Source: a virus
IMG/VR virus record: IMGVR_UViG_3300031951_000015
Location: 110,668 to 174,667 of that record
Length of the DNA stretch: 64,000 bases
Strand: one strand, 5' to 3'
The translations under genes were made by a program, and so were the position numbers. Under the pieces are notes generated by a model. It was not told where the DNA came from. It worked only from the letters and a program-made list of their open reading frames with translations, and did no database searches. Below, in pieces: positions 8,825 through 18,526 of the stretch. Each line of letters opens with the position of its first letter. The stretch's first letter is position 1.

Positions 8825-9841
8825 TTATGAAGGATATCTGACGATGACTATTCCTGCTCCACCATTTCCACCACCTGCGGGACCATTTGGATGTCTTCCA
8901 GCGCCACCACCACCAGTTCCATAAACTCCTGGATTTCCACTAGCTGAACCACCACCACCTAATCCACCAGCCCCTGTTCTATTTGTACCTGTGCTACTAT
9001 ATACACCTCCTCCTCCACCACCACCATAGTAACCTGATGCGCCTACGGCAGGAATAAAAGCAGGTTGTTCAGGAGCAGGTATTGCCGGTCCAATGATAGG
9101 TCCAGGAAAATCTCCAAATGCAACTCCAATACCACCATCACCACCACCAGGATCATTTCCAGGAGTAGAAACACCAGCTGCACCTGCGCCTCCACCGCCA
9201 GAAGTGCCATACCCACCAGTTGGAACAGAAAATCCACCAGGATTTCCATAGTCAGTTAATGCTGGATTAGTTCCTGGTTGTGTTGCCTGACCAGATGCAG
9301 GCGCTGGATCTCCTCCAGATGATCCACCACCAGATCCTCCTGGTTGTCCAAAATTATGACCGGGTCCAGCATCGTAATAATTGGATCCAGCTCCACCACC
9401 ACCTTTTGCCAGTACATAGTTTGGTTGACCAAATATTGGAACTCCGGGAGTTCCAAAGTAACTATTTCCACCAGGACTTCCCTGAGGAACTTGTGGAGCA
9501 ACTGCGACAGGACCATAACCCTTTGTGCCTGGTGCGCCAACTTGAACTGGATATATTCCAGCAGCTAAAGTTTTGGATGCACCATAAACAACACCGCCAG
9601 CTCCACCGCCAGCACCATAATAGTTACCACCTCCTCCACCACCAGCAACAACTAAAATATTGACAACCTTAGGAGATGGTAATGAAAAACTAGTAGAATT
9701 TGGATAAGTAAAAACATGATAAGTATACCCATTTCCTGGAGTTAATATTGTACCTCCAGTTGCCGAACCACCACTAGAAACAGCAGAAGAACTAAAACTC
9801 ATTCCGAGTTTGTCAGCAATTCTAGAAAGTAAAGGTGCCAT
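8825..9841 (-). CDS. glycine-rich adhesin-like tail protein
   Basis: ATGG..PGNGYTYHVF, LVVAGGGGG, GGAGIVIVRY. Confidence 0.75.
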   Translation of the reverse strand: MAPLLSRIADKLGMSFSSSAVSSGGSATGGTILTPGNGYTYHVFTYPNSTSFSLPSPKVVNILVVAGGGGGGNYYGAGGGAGGVVYGASKTLAAGIYPVQVGAPGTKGYGPVAVAPQVPQGSPGGNSYFGTPGVPIFGQPNYVLAKGGGGAGSNYYDAGPGHNFGQPGGSGGGSSGGDPAPASGQATQPGTNPALTDYGNPGGFSVPTGGYGTSGGGGAGAAGVSTPGNDPGGGDGGIGVAFGDFPGPIIGPAIPAPEQPAFIPAVGASGYYGGGGGGGVYSSTGTNRTGAGGLGGGGSASGNPGVYGTGGGGAGRHPNGPAGGGNGGAGIVIVRYPS

Positions 9842-9842
9842 A

Positions 9843-10628
9843 TCAATAGAATCTATAATTTCCGTTTGCGCTTCCCGTGACAGTATAACTTGTTATAGCA
9901 CCATCACCGACAGTATCTATACCAACAAAGTTATAATAATCAATACAAGAAGTATTACCTGCGGATACAGTTCCAGATGCCCAACGAATTGTTCTTTGAG
10001 TTCCGTTGAAGAAAATACTGGAGCAAGCATATCCAGTTGAACCCTGATTTATAATTACCGTTAAACTAATTACTTTATTACTAAAATTAGTTGTGGGAAT
10101 ATTATTTACATGCAAGGAAATTGGACCAGATGGTGATCTTACAATTCCAATGTTTCCTTCTCCCGCACTAAAATCAATTGTTACTGATGTTGCAGTTCCT
10201 ACTTTAATCTCCTCTGCAACTGATTTAAATCTTGTCTCATCAGGAATTAGAGTTGTTAGGGTAGTGACTCCGGAATTAACCACAATACCACCAGCAGTAA
10301 CTCTAACACCAGTCCTTGCTGTGACTAACCCAACCGAGTCAATATTAGTTACGTCTTCATAAGTTAAAGTTCCACCTACCGAAACATTACCACTGAAAGT
10401 TGCAGTGGTTCCAGTTACATTTCCAACAGTAATATTGGGAGTTCCTGATAGTCCAGTAGCACTACCAGTTAGATTTCCACTAAAAGTCGTGGCGGTTACA
10501 ATGCCAGTGAGGTTAATACTACCAGCACCAGAGATCGTACCAGTGGAAGGAACTGTTGCACCATAGGTTAGTTCAGGTGCGCCAGTTGCATTTTTATTTA
10601 CTAGTTGATCCGATCTAAGCCTAGACAT
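9843..10628 (-). CDS. short tail-fibre/adaptor protein
   Basis: MSRLRSDQL..GAP, GTLTYEDVTNIDSVGLVTAR, C-terminal NFVGIDTVG...NGNYR. Confidence 0.75.
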   Translation of the reverse strand: MSRLRSDQLVNKNATGAPELTYGATVPSTGTISGAGSINLTGIVTATTFSGNLTGSATGLSGTPNITVGNVTGTTATFSGNVSVGGTLTYEDVTNIDSVGLVTARTGVRVTAGGIVVNSGVTTLTTLIPDETRFKSVAEEIKVGTATSVTIDFSAGEGNIGIVRSPSGPISLHVNNIPTTNFSNKVISLTVIINQGSTGYACSSIFFNGTQRTIRWASGTVSAGNTSCIDYYNFVGIDTVGDGAITSYTVTGSANGNYRFY

Positions 10629-10658
10629 TAAATTATCCTAGTACCAATTTAACTGTAT

Positions 10659-12194
10659 TTATATGTTCAATTCATATACATCAATTATAAAATCATCACT
10701 ATCAAGAATTAAGTCATATGGAGATTCAATTTTAACTTCTTGATATTTCACAAAAGTAACGTTATGTCCTACCTTTGGGGCAACAGTTGAAGTAGCACCT
10801 ACACTTATCACTGTTGGCATACTGATGACTTCACCCAAGAATGATCCACTACCAGTAGCAAGAGTCTCTTCACCACCTCCAATCTGTCCAGTTAATGAAG
10901 TATTGATTATCAAGTTATCAATTGTTGAATCCAGAATTGTATTCTGAACGACAGAACTATTGATGACAACATCTACAATATCACCAGCAATCGCAGGTTC
11001 TGCAAGAGTAATTGTTGTGCTATTAGTTTCAGTAAAGTCCGTTGCAGATAAACGAACACCGTTCAGATATACATCAACATATCCAGTATTATAAGAATTA
11101 GTTAAACTGAATACTGTTCTTGATGAACTAACATTAAAGGTTTCTTTGTAAATGACACCAGATGCACCTCCACCAGAACCAGAGATAGTAACTTCAACAG
11201 TATTTCCAACCTGACGAATACTATTTCCAGATCCAACAAAGTTAATGGTTCTTACCGTACCAATCCCAAGGCCACCAGATTGAATTGCAACAACTGGATC
11301 ACTCTCAATAATTGTAACTGGTCCAACTCTTCCATAGAAAGAAGTTACATCACTATTGACTGGACTTGAAAATCCAATGTGACGAACTTGAATTTGAGTT
11401 CCTGCTGGTGGAGCACCAGTAAATGCAAGTACGGTATCATAAACAGAATAAGCACGAGTTCCATTATTATCTGATGCGTGCTGAACAACACCATCAATTG
11501 TGACTACAACACTTGCACTATTGGGAACTGACTGTGAAAGTGTAAAGTCAGTTGTGACTCCATCACCAGAGAAATTATCAAGTTTATTATCACTAATATC
11601 AAAGGTTGCCAGTGATTCGGCAATCACATATCCCCAAAAGATTTCTGATGATGTCGGTGCAGTCGCAAACTTAATATTACCACCAGCATCAATTGCAAAT
11701 CCAGAACTTAAAGATAATAATTTATTTGGTTGCTGAATAACACCATTAATGGAGATTTGAAGTTGTGCGGCATCAGTGATTCTACAATGAGTTCCATTGT
11801 CTCTTGTAGGACGGAATGATGTATTGACTCCATCAAAAGCAACATTCAGTGTATGTGCAGAACCAGTACCGACTAATGTTAGATTTCTTACAATATTATT
11901 CGTGGCATTTGATGCAGAGTCTGCCAGACTAATGTTGTCTCGATCATACTTAATAATATAATAAGCGTTTCCACTTGTTAATCCACCAATACTAGTGCCA
12001 CCACCATTGGTATATGTAACTCTTTGCCCAGTTACAAAACGGTGTTCTAGAATTTTTATCGTATTATTTCCAACCGATACAATGCTAGAAGATGATCCAT
12101 CAATCGTTGCGGTATATGATGAGATATCATCGAGTATTTTAAAGTTACTTGCAGTATCACCAGTGACGTGGTAATTTCCGATGTATGGGGACAT
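10659..12194 (-). CDS. virion structural/tail-fibre protein with beta-repeat domains
   Basis: Repeated (F/S)GDG...F.L...V.IDGV.Q domains, VDVYLNGVRL domain. Confidence 0.7.
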   Translation of the reverse strand: MSPYIGNYHVTGDTASNFKILDDISSYTATIDGSSSSIVSVGNNTIKILEHRFVTGQRVTYTNGGGTSIGGLTSGNAYYIIKYDRDNISLADSASNATNNIVRNLTLVGTGSAHTLNVAFDGVNTSFRPTRDNGTHCRITDAAQLQISINGVIQQPNKLLSLSSGFAIDAGGNIKFATAPTSSEIFWGYVIAESLATFDISDNKLDNFSGDGVTTDFTLSQSVPNSASVVVTIDGVVQHASDNNGTRAYSVYDTVLAFTGAPPAGTQIQVRHIGFSSPVNSDVTSFYGRVGPVTIIESDPVVAIQSGGLGIGTVRTINFVGSGNSIRQVGNTVEVTISGSGGGASGVIYKETFNVSSSRTVFSLTNSYNTGYVDVYLNGVRLSATDFTETNSTTITLAEPAIAGDIVDVVINSSVVQNTILDSTIDNLIINTSLTGQIGGGEETLATGSGSFLGEVISMPTVISVGATSTVAPKVGHNVTFVKYQEVKIESPYDLILDSDDFIIDVYELNI

Positions 12195-12220
12195 CTAATT
12201 TTGAGGTGCTTTCCTTGTTA

Positions 12221-12847
12221 TTATTTATTGGTTTGTTTAGACCATCTTTTATTGGCAGCATCACTTAATTTTTTTCTTGTTTCCTCTGTAATATTGCAAA
12301 TACGTCCCAATACAAGTCCTTCAGATAGTTTTTCTTGAACTTTTATTCTCATTATTCTATGATTCTTTTTTGTTTTTGGGTCATACATCCAAACTAAATC
12401 CAGTTTTTTAAGTGTTTGTTTTCTTTTTATTGAACTTTCTTCTGTAAAAACTTGAAGTGCTCTTGCTCTTCTAATCTTCTCTCTTGCACTTTCATTTAGA
12501 AAAAATTTACCTTTTTTAACTTTACTCATTTTTTCTTTTGTTTCTTGAGATGTAACTGCACCCTCTCTCGTAAATTTAGTCGAAGTTTGTTTTGCCCTAT
12601 TAGCAAAATGTGAGTTAAGAGCAATATCATAAAAATTATGCAACTTTATTTCTGCACGAATTGCATCCTTTCTTGTTTTAAACGTTTCGATAATTACTTT
12701 TTGAGTGGGATTAAATGTTTTATCGTGAAATGATCCAAAATAGTTTATATCTTGTTCCGGTAAGCAATTGCAACTTCTACACCCAATATACCCCCTACCC
12801 CACTCTTCATAAGAATAATAGGTATAATGATACTTCTTATTAGACAT
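12221..12847 (-). mobile_element. free-standing GIY-YIG-type homing endonuclease with NUMOD3-like DNA-binding repeats
   Basis: HYTY...RGYIG, YFGS, AE..LH, F.N motifs; ETKEKMS and EETRKKLS repeats. Confidence 0.85.
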
Positions 12848-12882
12848 TTCTTTACCATTAGGACCGCATATGTATTTATATT

Positions 12883-12934
12883 AAAAAGGAGGGACTTACA
12901 CCCTCCTCCTGATAAGATTGCGGTCCATCAGGTA
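12883..12934 (-). ncRNA. putative small RNA complementary to the GIY-YIG endonuclease leader
   Basis: Late promoter GATAAATA (12946..12939), hairpin CCTGAT-GGACCGCAATCTT-ATCAGG, terminator GGAGGG/CCCTCC-TTTTT; GGACCGCA complements TGCGGTCC at 12868..12861. Confidence 0.6.
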
Positions 12935-12948
12935 TTAATATTTATCAT

Positions 12949-12972
12949 AAAAAAAGAGGGGTAGAACCCCTC
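12949..12972 (-). terminator. intrinsic terminator
   Basis: GAGGGG-TTCTA-CCCCTC followed by T7. Confidence 0.85.
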
Positions 12973-12978
12973 AGTTTA

Positions 12979-13389
12979 TCATTCACCTGCTGGTGGTTCG
13001 GGAGTAAAGAGATCCCAAGCACCTGCTTCTTCATCCCAACGATAAAATGAACGTGCTTCAATCTCCGCCTCGGTGAGTGCAGGAGCAGGTCCTACTGGTG
13101 ATTCCCAATCAGCAGTTTCTTCATTCAGAATCCACGAAGCAAATGGTTGTGGTGGAATGAAAGCATCAAGAGTTTCATTGTAAGAGTAACCAATACCTGC
13201 ATAGCGAACTCTCATATTGTTATTGTATGAGGTTTGCTTCCAGTTGGTATCAGCACCTAGGAGTTTCTTACAAAATGCAACTCCGATTTCTTCTACTTCT
13301 ACTCCATTAGAATCAGAAGTATCTTCGTTACTCACAACAATGACTTGAGTAACAACGTTGTTTTCATCTAGTTGTGCAAAATGTGCCAT
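12979..13389 (-). CDS. conserved phage protein typically following glycine-rich tail proteins (possible assembly factor)
   Basis: MAHFAQLDENNVV.QVIVV, WKQTSYN, YAGIGY.Y...DAFIPPQP..SW motifs. Confidence 0.7.
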   Translation of the reverse strand: MAHFAQLDENNVVTQVIVVSNEDTSDSNGVEVEEIGVAFCKKLLGADTNWKQTSYNNNMRVRYAGIGYSYNETLDAFIPPQPFASWILNEETADWESPVGPAPALTEAEIEARSFYRWDEEAGAWDLFTPEPPAGE

Positions 13390-13493
13390 CGTTTTCTTAT
13401 ATGAATGATTATGACTGTGAAAGTATTTATTATACTATAAGTTTAGTATCCTGAAAAGTCAGATATGAATATTTATTGGAGTTGTTAAGCATT

Positions 13494-15485
13494 TTATGAA
13501 GGATATGCGATGAGAACGATACCAGAACCACCTTTACCACCATTTCCAGATACTGGTGTGTCTGTAGAAGCTCTCCATCCATTTCCACCTCCTCCACCTC
13601 CTCCTGTGTGAAGTTTTCCATCTTGACCACTTCTTCCATAAGATCTAACAACTCCTGGTGTTGTTTGACCAGCCCCACCACCTCCGCTACCACCAGCAGA
13701 TCCTACTACGCTCGTCGGATATCCACTGCCGCCGCCTCCGCCACCAAACCAGAATCCACCTGGTGTTGGTGCGGCCGCTCCACCATATCCTCCTGGATCG
13801 CCATAAGCAGAACCTGGATCTCTAAAAGAAGGTGGTGCCTGTATTCCATATCCACCAGCACCACTACTTATATTTGGAGAAGTTCCATTAGAACCAACTG
13901 CTCCCGCACCACCTCCACCAGCACCTTCATAAGGTCCAGAATTTCCGCCATTATTTCCATATTGTATTATTCCAGGAATTCCTGGGTTTTGTGATGGTTG
14001 AGATGCTGGTCCAGGAACAGCAGTGTAGTGAGATCCTCCACCAGAACCACCAGTTGACGCATTTCCAGCACTACCACCACCTTTACCACCACCTTTTGCT
14101 GTTACTGTTGTTGGTCCAGGATAAGATAAAGTTGTATCAGATCCAGTAGATTCCGCTCCACCTCCAGCACCTACAGTAATAGATAACGCATTTGGAGATC
14201 CTGTAGAAACAGTAAATGCTGGATTATAAACTATTCCACCAGCTCCACCACCACCACCTGCGCCTATGCCAGTATTACCAACTCCTCCTCCACCTCCACC
14301 AGCAACAATCATGTATTCAATATTTAAAGGAGAACCTGATACATTTGTAAAAGTTCCTGTTGCCAAGAAAGTATGAATTGTTTTATTATTATAAAAACTT
14401 ACAATACCTCCTGTTGCTTTTATAGATGAGATTGATTTTAGATATCTTACTACTACAATACCAGATCCACCATTTCCAGCTACTATACCATCAGCACCAG
14501 AAGCTCCTCCTGCTCCAGTATATTGATCTCCATTGTATGGTTGGGGACTTTCCCCACCACCACCAGCACCGCCACCAAATGGTGCATTTCCTGGATAATT
14601 TTCTCCACCTCCGCCACCACCATAATATCCACTATGGGGTGCTAGAGCAGGTACACCAATCAGTGGTCCATTAAATTCTGAAAATTGAATTCCATTTCCA
14701 CCAAATCCTTGAGATACTGGCGCTGCATTAGCACTGTCATTATGCGATCCACCAGCCTCTGCGGCACCACCGCCGCCAGATCCATCTCCCGGATTTGGTC
14801 CAATTGGAGCTCCACCGGGACTTCCATAATTTATCCATCCTGATGGTGCTGTTGGATGTGTTTGTGATGGTTGAGTTCCAGTAGCTAAAACATTTGAATA
14901 ATTACCTCCATATCCACCACCGCCTCCACCAGAACCACCAGGACTTCCAGCAATTCCAAAATATCCACCACCACCACCACCTTTTGCAGTTAATCCACCA
15001 AAAGTACTATCCGAACCATTCTGACCAATATTAGGAGAACTAATTCCACCAGCACCTCCACCTCCAACAGAAACCGGAATTGTAAGTGGATATGGTCCGG
15101 ATGATACATTATATGTTGCGTGCCTAACAACACCACCAGCACCGCCGCCACCGCTACCATTTCCTACAGGAACTGCAGTTTTTCCCCCACCTCCACCACC
15201 TGCAACAACTAAAACATCAATAAAACCTGGATGTTGTGGTGATATGGATTCTATGATAAAAGTGCTAGGTCCAACAGTTGAGGTGAATGTGTGATATGCA
15301 TAATTATTTCCTGGTTCTAATCCATTAATATCTCCACCAGTTGCAGCGATAAGTGGTGGTGGAGGAGGAATATTTGGTCCAGCATTTGCACCACCACCAC
15401 GAATAAAAGATTTACGGAAGTACTCTAATAAGTGCCCGTCGCTTCTATTATTTTGCGTTGTATTCTTAGAACTTCTTGCACCCAT
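13494..15485 (-). CDS. tandem two-domain glycine-rich adhesin-like protein
   Basis: Two ATGG...HTF...VAGGGGG...GGSGIV units. Confidence 0.75.
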   Translation of the reverse strand: MGARSSKNTTQNNRSDGHLLEYFRKSFIRGGGANAGPNIPPPPPLIAATGGDINGLEPGNNYAYHTFTSTVGPSTFIIESISPQHPGFIDVLVVAGGGGGGKTAVPVGNGSGGGGAGGVVRHATYNVSSGPYPLTIPVSVGGGGAGGISSPNIGQNGSDSTFGGLTAKGGGGGGYFGIAGSPGGSGGGGGGYGGNYSNVLATGTQPSQTHPTAPSGWINYGSPGGAPIGPNPGDGSGGGGAAEAGGSHNDSANAAPVSQGFGGNGIQFSEFNGPLIGVPALAPHSGYYGGGGGGENYPGNAPFGGGAGGGGESPQPYNGDQYTGAGGASGADGIVAGNGGSGIVVVRYLKSISSIKATGGIVSFYNNKTIHTFLATGTFTNVSGSPLNIEYMIVAGGGGGGVGNTGIGAGGGGGAGGIVYNPAFTVSTGSPNALSITVGAGGGAESTGSDTTLSYPGPTTVTAKGGGKGGGSAGNASTGGSGGGSHYTAVPGPASQPSQNPGIPGIIQYGNNGGNSGPYEGAGGGGAGAVGSNGTSPNISSGAGGYGIQAPPSFRDPGSAYGDPGGYGGAAAPTPGGFWFGGGGGGSGYPTSVVGSAGGSGGGGAGQTTPGVVRSYGRSGQDGKLHTGGGGGGGNGWRASTDTPVSGNGGKGGSGIVLIAYPS

Positions 15486-15500
15486 TATACTTACCTCTTA

Positions 15501-15908
15501 TCAGATGTCTGTATCACCGAGAATTTGATAGTTGATAGCACTACCAATACCTGCTCCTCCAACCACGTTCGCTGGTTGTGTAACTTCTACAACAATCTTT
15601 TCTTGGTTTGTAAGAACCAGTGGATAGTTCATTTCAAAGAAGAAAGTTTCGTTTGCATTTAGATCTACTCTTGCCAATCTATATGCCGTCTGCCCAACAC
15701 CAGAAACCGTAACGCTACTTGGGTAAACGTAGAGTGATGAAGTAGCAGTTGAAAGTCCAGTGTTGTGCATTACCACACCACGAAGATAGGTGGTTGATGC
15801 AATACCAACACCACCAGCAGTTGCAGTGGTTCCTACAGTTAAAATACCTACTGTATTAATGCCAGTAACTGCCTGAATACCTAATAATTTAGTTCTTTTG
15901 AGTGCCAT
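15501..15908 (-). CDS. small beta-rich tail adaptor protein
   Basis: Pattern like 28030..28356 (ETFFFEMNYPLVL..EKI.V); between fibre and adhesin. Confidence 0.6.
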   Translation of the reverse strand: MALKRTKLLGIQAVTGINTVGILTVGTTATAGGVGIASTTYLRGVVMHNTGLSTATSSLYVYPSSVTVSGVGQTAYRLARVDLNANETFFFEMNYPLVLTNQEKIVVEVTQPANVVGGAGIGSAINYQILGDTDI

Positions 15909-15930
15909 CGGTATATACTTTTTAAGTTAT

Positions 15931-16554
15931 TTAGTTAAACAGTGCGGCGTCAAGTTCATTAAAATCTCCACCTCCACCACCAGACACTGGAAGGTTTGTC
16001 AGATTAGCGCCAGATCCAACAAAACTTGTTGCGTACATAGTTCCAGTAACTGTCGCACCAACTCCCAAAGTTTCAAACTTCTTACTGTTATCATGATAAA
16101 GTTCGGCGGAACCATTGCCAACAAACTTCGCCATTGTTTCACCAGTTGAATGGTGTTGAATAATGACGTTAGTGGAACCAGAAAGATATAGATCTCCTGC
16201 TCCAGTATCCTCCACATAACTATTGGTTCCATCATGATAGATTCTTAAATCATCACTATCACCAAAGTTTGCTTTAACATTATCACCAAGATTAATATCT
16301 TGAGCAAATGTTGAGATACCAGAAACAGAAAGACCAGTAACTGTGATACTAGGTGATCCAGTTAAACCAGTTGCATTTCCACTGAATGTACCACTGAATC
16401 CACCGCTAAATGTAGTGGCGGTAATAATTCCGGAAGAGTTTATATTTCCTACACTACTAATCCCAGAACCCCCAAGATCAAGATTGTCTCCTACTTGGAG
16501 TTCTTGAAGTTGTCCAGCACTTGGATTATAAATCAGCGGATATCTATTCGCCAT
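15931..16554 (-). CDS. short tail-fibre protein
   Basis: FGDSDDLRIYHDG.NSY...AKF..NG..ELY.DNSKKFET repeat; FVGSGANLT; C-terminal helix. Confidence 0.7.
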   Translation of the reverse strand: MANRYPLIYNPSAGQLQELQVGDNLDLGGSGISSVGNINSSGIITATTFSGGFSGTFSGNATGLTGSPSITVTGLSVSGISTFAQDINLGDNVKANFGDSDDLRIYHDGTNSYVEDTGAGDLYLSGSTNVIIQHHSTGETMAKFVGNGSAELYHDNSKKFETLGVGATVTGTMYATSFVGSGANLTNLPVSGGGGGDFNELDAALFN

Positions 16555-16579
16555 TATATCTGAATAGTCTTTGGATTAT

Positions 16580-16981
16580 TTATGCTACATTGAAAGAGAT
16601 GAATCCCTTTGTTCCGTCTCTTCGAAGGACTCCAAGTTGCTCTCCATTTAATGCAAGTGTTGCTGCACTAGTTCTAGTTCCAATCGTTAAACTTGTAAGT
16701 GCAGTCGTATTTAATGTAGTTCCAAGAACTATACAATAAAAATTTGATGTTGCATCAGGTGGCGAAGCAAACGTGATTTGATTTTCTTGAACAACAAAAG
16801 ACTTGATAGGTTCTTGAATAACACCATCAAGTGAAAGAAGTAGAGTATAAGCGTTTGATGTAAAAAATGGAGAACCACCAAGCGTGAGATTAAATGTTAC
16901 CTTACTTCCATCAAACTCATCAGAGATATCATCAAGTTTGAGATAGGGGCCCGTTGCTTGGGGTCTTCCGATATATGCCAT
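16580..16981 (-). CDS. virion structural protein
   Basis: MAYIG, LDDIS..FDG....F.L...LLSLDGVIQEP domain shared with 10659..12194. Confidence 0.65.
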   Translation of the reverse strand: MAYIGRPQATGPYLKLDDISDEFDGSKVTFNLTLGGSPFFTSNAYTLLLSLDGVIQEPIKSFVVQENQITFASPPDATSNFYCIVLGTTLNTTALTSLTIGTRTSAATLALNGEQLGVLRRDGTKGFISFNVA

Positions 16982-16998
16982 TGAGGGTTTTTAGATAT

Positions 16999-18105
16999 TT
17001 ATGATGCCAAGTATCGAACAATAACTATTCCAGATCCTCCGTTAGCTGTTGGAGCAGTAAATGTAGTATATTGACCTCCACCTCCGCCACCTCCGGTATA
17101 AACTACACCGTTGTTCCCATTTCCACCTTGTGCTGATACAGCACCACCGCCAGTTCCGGGTCCACCAGGTCCTCCTCCACCAGGTCCCCCAGATCCACCG
17201 GTGGATCTACCGCCAGCACCTCCTCCTCCACCAAAAAGACCAGTTGGTCCCACTGCGGATGTCCATGCCGTTCTTTCTGGAGAAGGTATAGCAGGAGCAA
17301 TAATAGGTGCAGGAAAACCTGGAAATGGTTGTCCAGCTCCACCAGCAGCAGATGATACTCCACCAGACCCTACACCACCAGCTCCACCTCCACTGTTAGA
17401 AAATGGATCGCCTGGTTGAGCATTTCCACCAATATTTCCATATTGGTTAAAACCAGTCTTTCCGATATATGCGGTATTTTGTGTCGGTTGCAGTGCTACA
17501 GAAAGTCCATTAACATATGGTGAATAACTATTCAATCCACCACCACTACCACCATCAATAGTAAATCCTGGTACTGGAGAAGCATCAAAATTTCCCCCTC
17601 CTCCACCACCCTTTGCAAGTAAGTAACCTGGAGTTGAATTTACACCAAATGTGGTATCAGATCCACGACCACCACTAGGTCCAGTAGCAGGGGTTGTTGT
17701 AGTTGTTCCAGATCCACCACCTCCGACAGATACTGGATATGGAGAACCACTAGCAACAAGATATTGTGTATGATGAACAATTCCTCCTGCACCTCCGCCT
17801 GCACCAAGAGGAGCACCAGCACCTCCACCACCAGCAACCATCAGTAATTCTATATATCCAGATCCTGGATTTGTTTTTGTAAATACGTGAGGACCATTGC
17901 CAATAAAAACATGATAAACATATCCATTTCCAGAAGAAACAGATGGTATAATAGTTCCACCAGTTGCAGTTACAGGGCTTAAAATAATTGGCCAGTTTCC
18001 ATCTTGTTGAATATACTCTTGCTGAATTAAATCCCAAATACCTTTGTTTCCGGGAGAATCAGATTGAGGTGCTGGACCAATGTAACTCGCAATTCTTTTA
18101 GACAT
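16999..18105 (-). CDS. glycine-rich adhesin-like tail protein
   Basis: ATGG..GNGYVYHVF, LMVAGGGG, GGSGIVIVRY. Confidence 0.75.
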   Translation of the reverse strand: MSKRIASYIGPAPQSDSPGNKGIWDLIQQEYIQQDGNWPIILSPVTATGGTIIPSVSSGNGYVYHVFIGNGPHVFTKTNPGSGYIELLMVAGGGGAGAPLGAGGGAGGIVHHTQYLVASGSPYPVSVGGGGSGTTTTTPATGPSGGRGSDTTFGVNSTPGYLLAKGGGGGGNFDASPVPGFTIDGGSGGGLNSYSPYVNGLSVALQPTQNTAYIGKTGFNQYGNIGGNAQPGDPFSNSGGGAGGVGSGGVSSAAGGAGQPFPGFPAPIIAPAIPSPERTAWTSAVGPTGLFGGGGGAGGRSTGGSGGPGGGGPGGPGTGGGAVSAQGGNGNNGVVYTGGGGGGGQYTTFTAPTANGGSGIVIVRYLAS

Positions 18106-18133
18106 TTAACTTTCCCAAAAACTTTAAAAATTA

Positions 18134-18508
18134 TTATAGAATTTCATCATAAGAGCAGTAAATATCAATACCATTTGCACTACCAGCGGTTACACCAAGA
18201 GACCTATTTTCTTCAAGATAAACTGGATTTTCCTTACCAACAACAATAAGAGATGCTGCTGCTGGAACAGGAATAAGATATGCTAACGAAGTAGATGTTC
18301 CTGCTCCGGCAGCTTGATTATGATATTTAATTGTCACATTAACTGCTGTTGATCCATTGACATTTATTGCAGTAAGATTGTTTATTTTTAAGAGCTTACC
18401 ACTTGATGCCGCATTAGATAAAAAAACAGTGTGAGCTGTTGTTGCAATACCGACATTTGTAGAAAGACCAATTACTGTCCCTATACCAAGAAGATTTGGA
18501 TTTGCCAT
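18134..18508 (-). CDS. small beta-rich tail adaptor protein
   Basis: MANPNL..., IPVPAAASL.V..K..PVYLEE, SYDEI. Confidence 0.65.
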   Translation of the reverse strand: MANPNLLGIGTVIGLSTNVGIATTAHTVFLSNAASSGKLLKINNLTAINVNGSTAVNVTIKYHNQAAGAGTSTSLAYLIPVPAAASLIVVGKENPVYLEENRSLGVTAGSANGIDIYCSYDEIL

Positions 18509-18526
18509 CTTATCTTTTTTGATTAT

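Noticed and set aside
13430-13693. Alternate-frame minus-strand Val/Glu-rich ORFs inside Gly-rich genes (also 5690, 9043, 9256, 17103, 20465, 29094)
   Set aside because: Frame-shifted reading of GGT/GGA runs.
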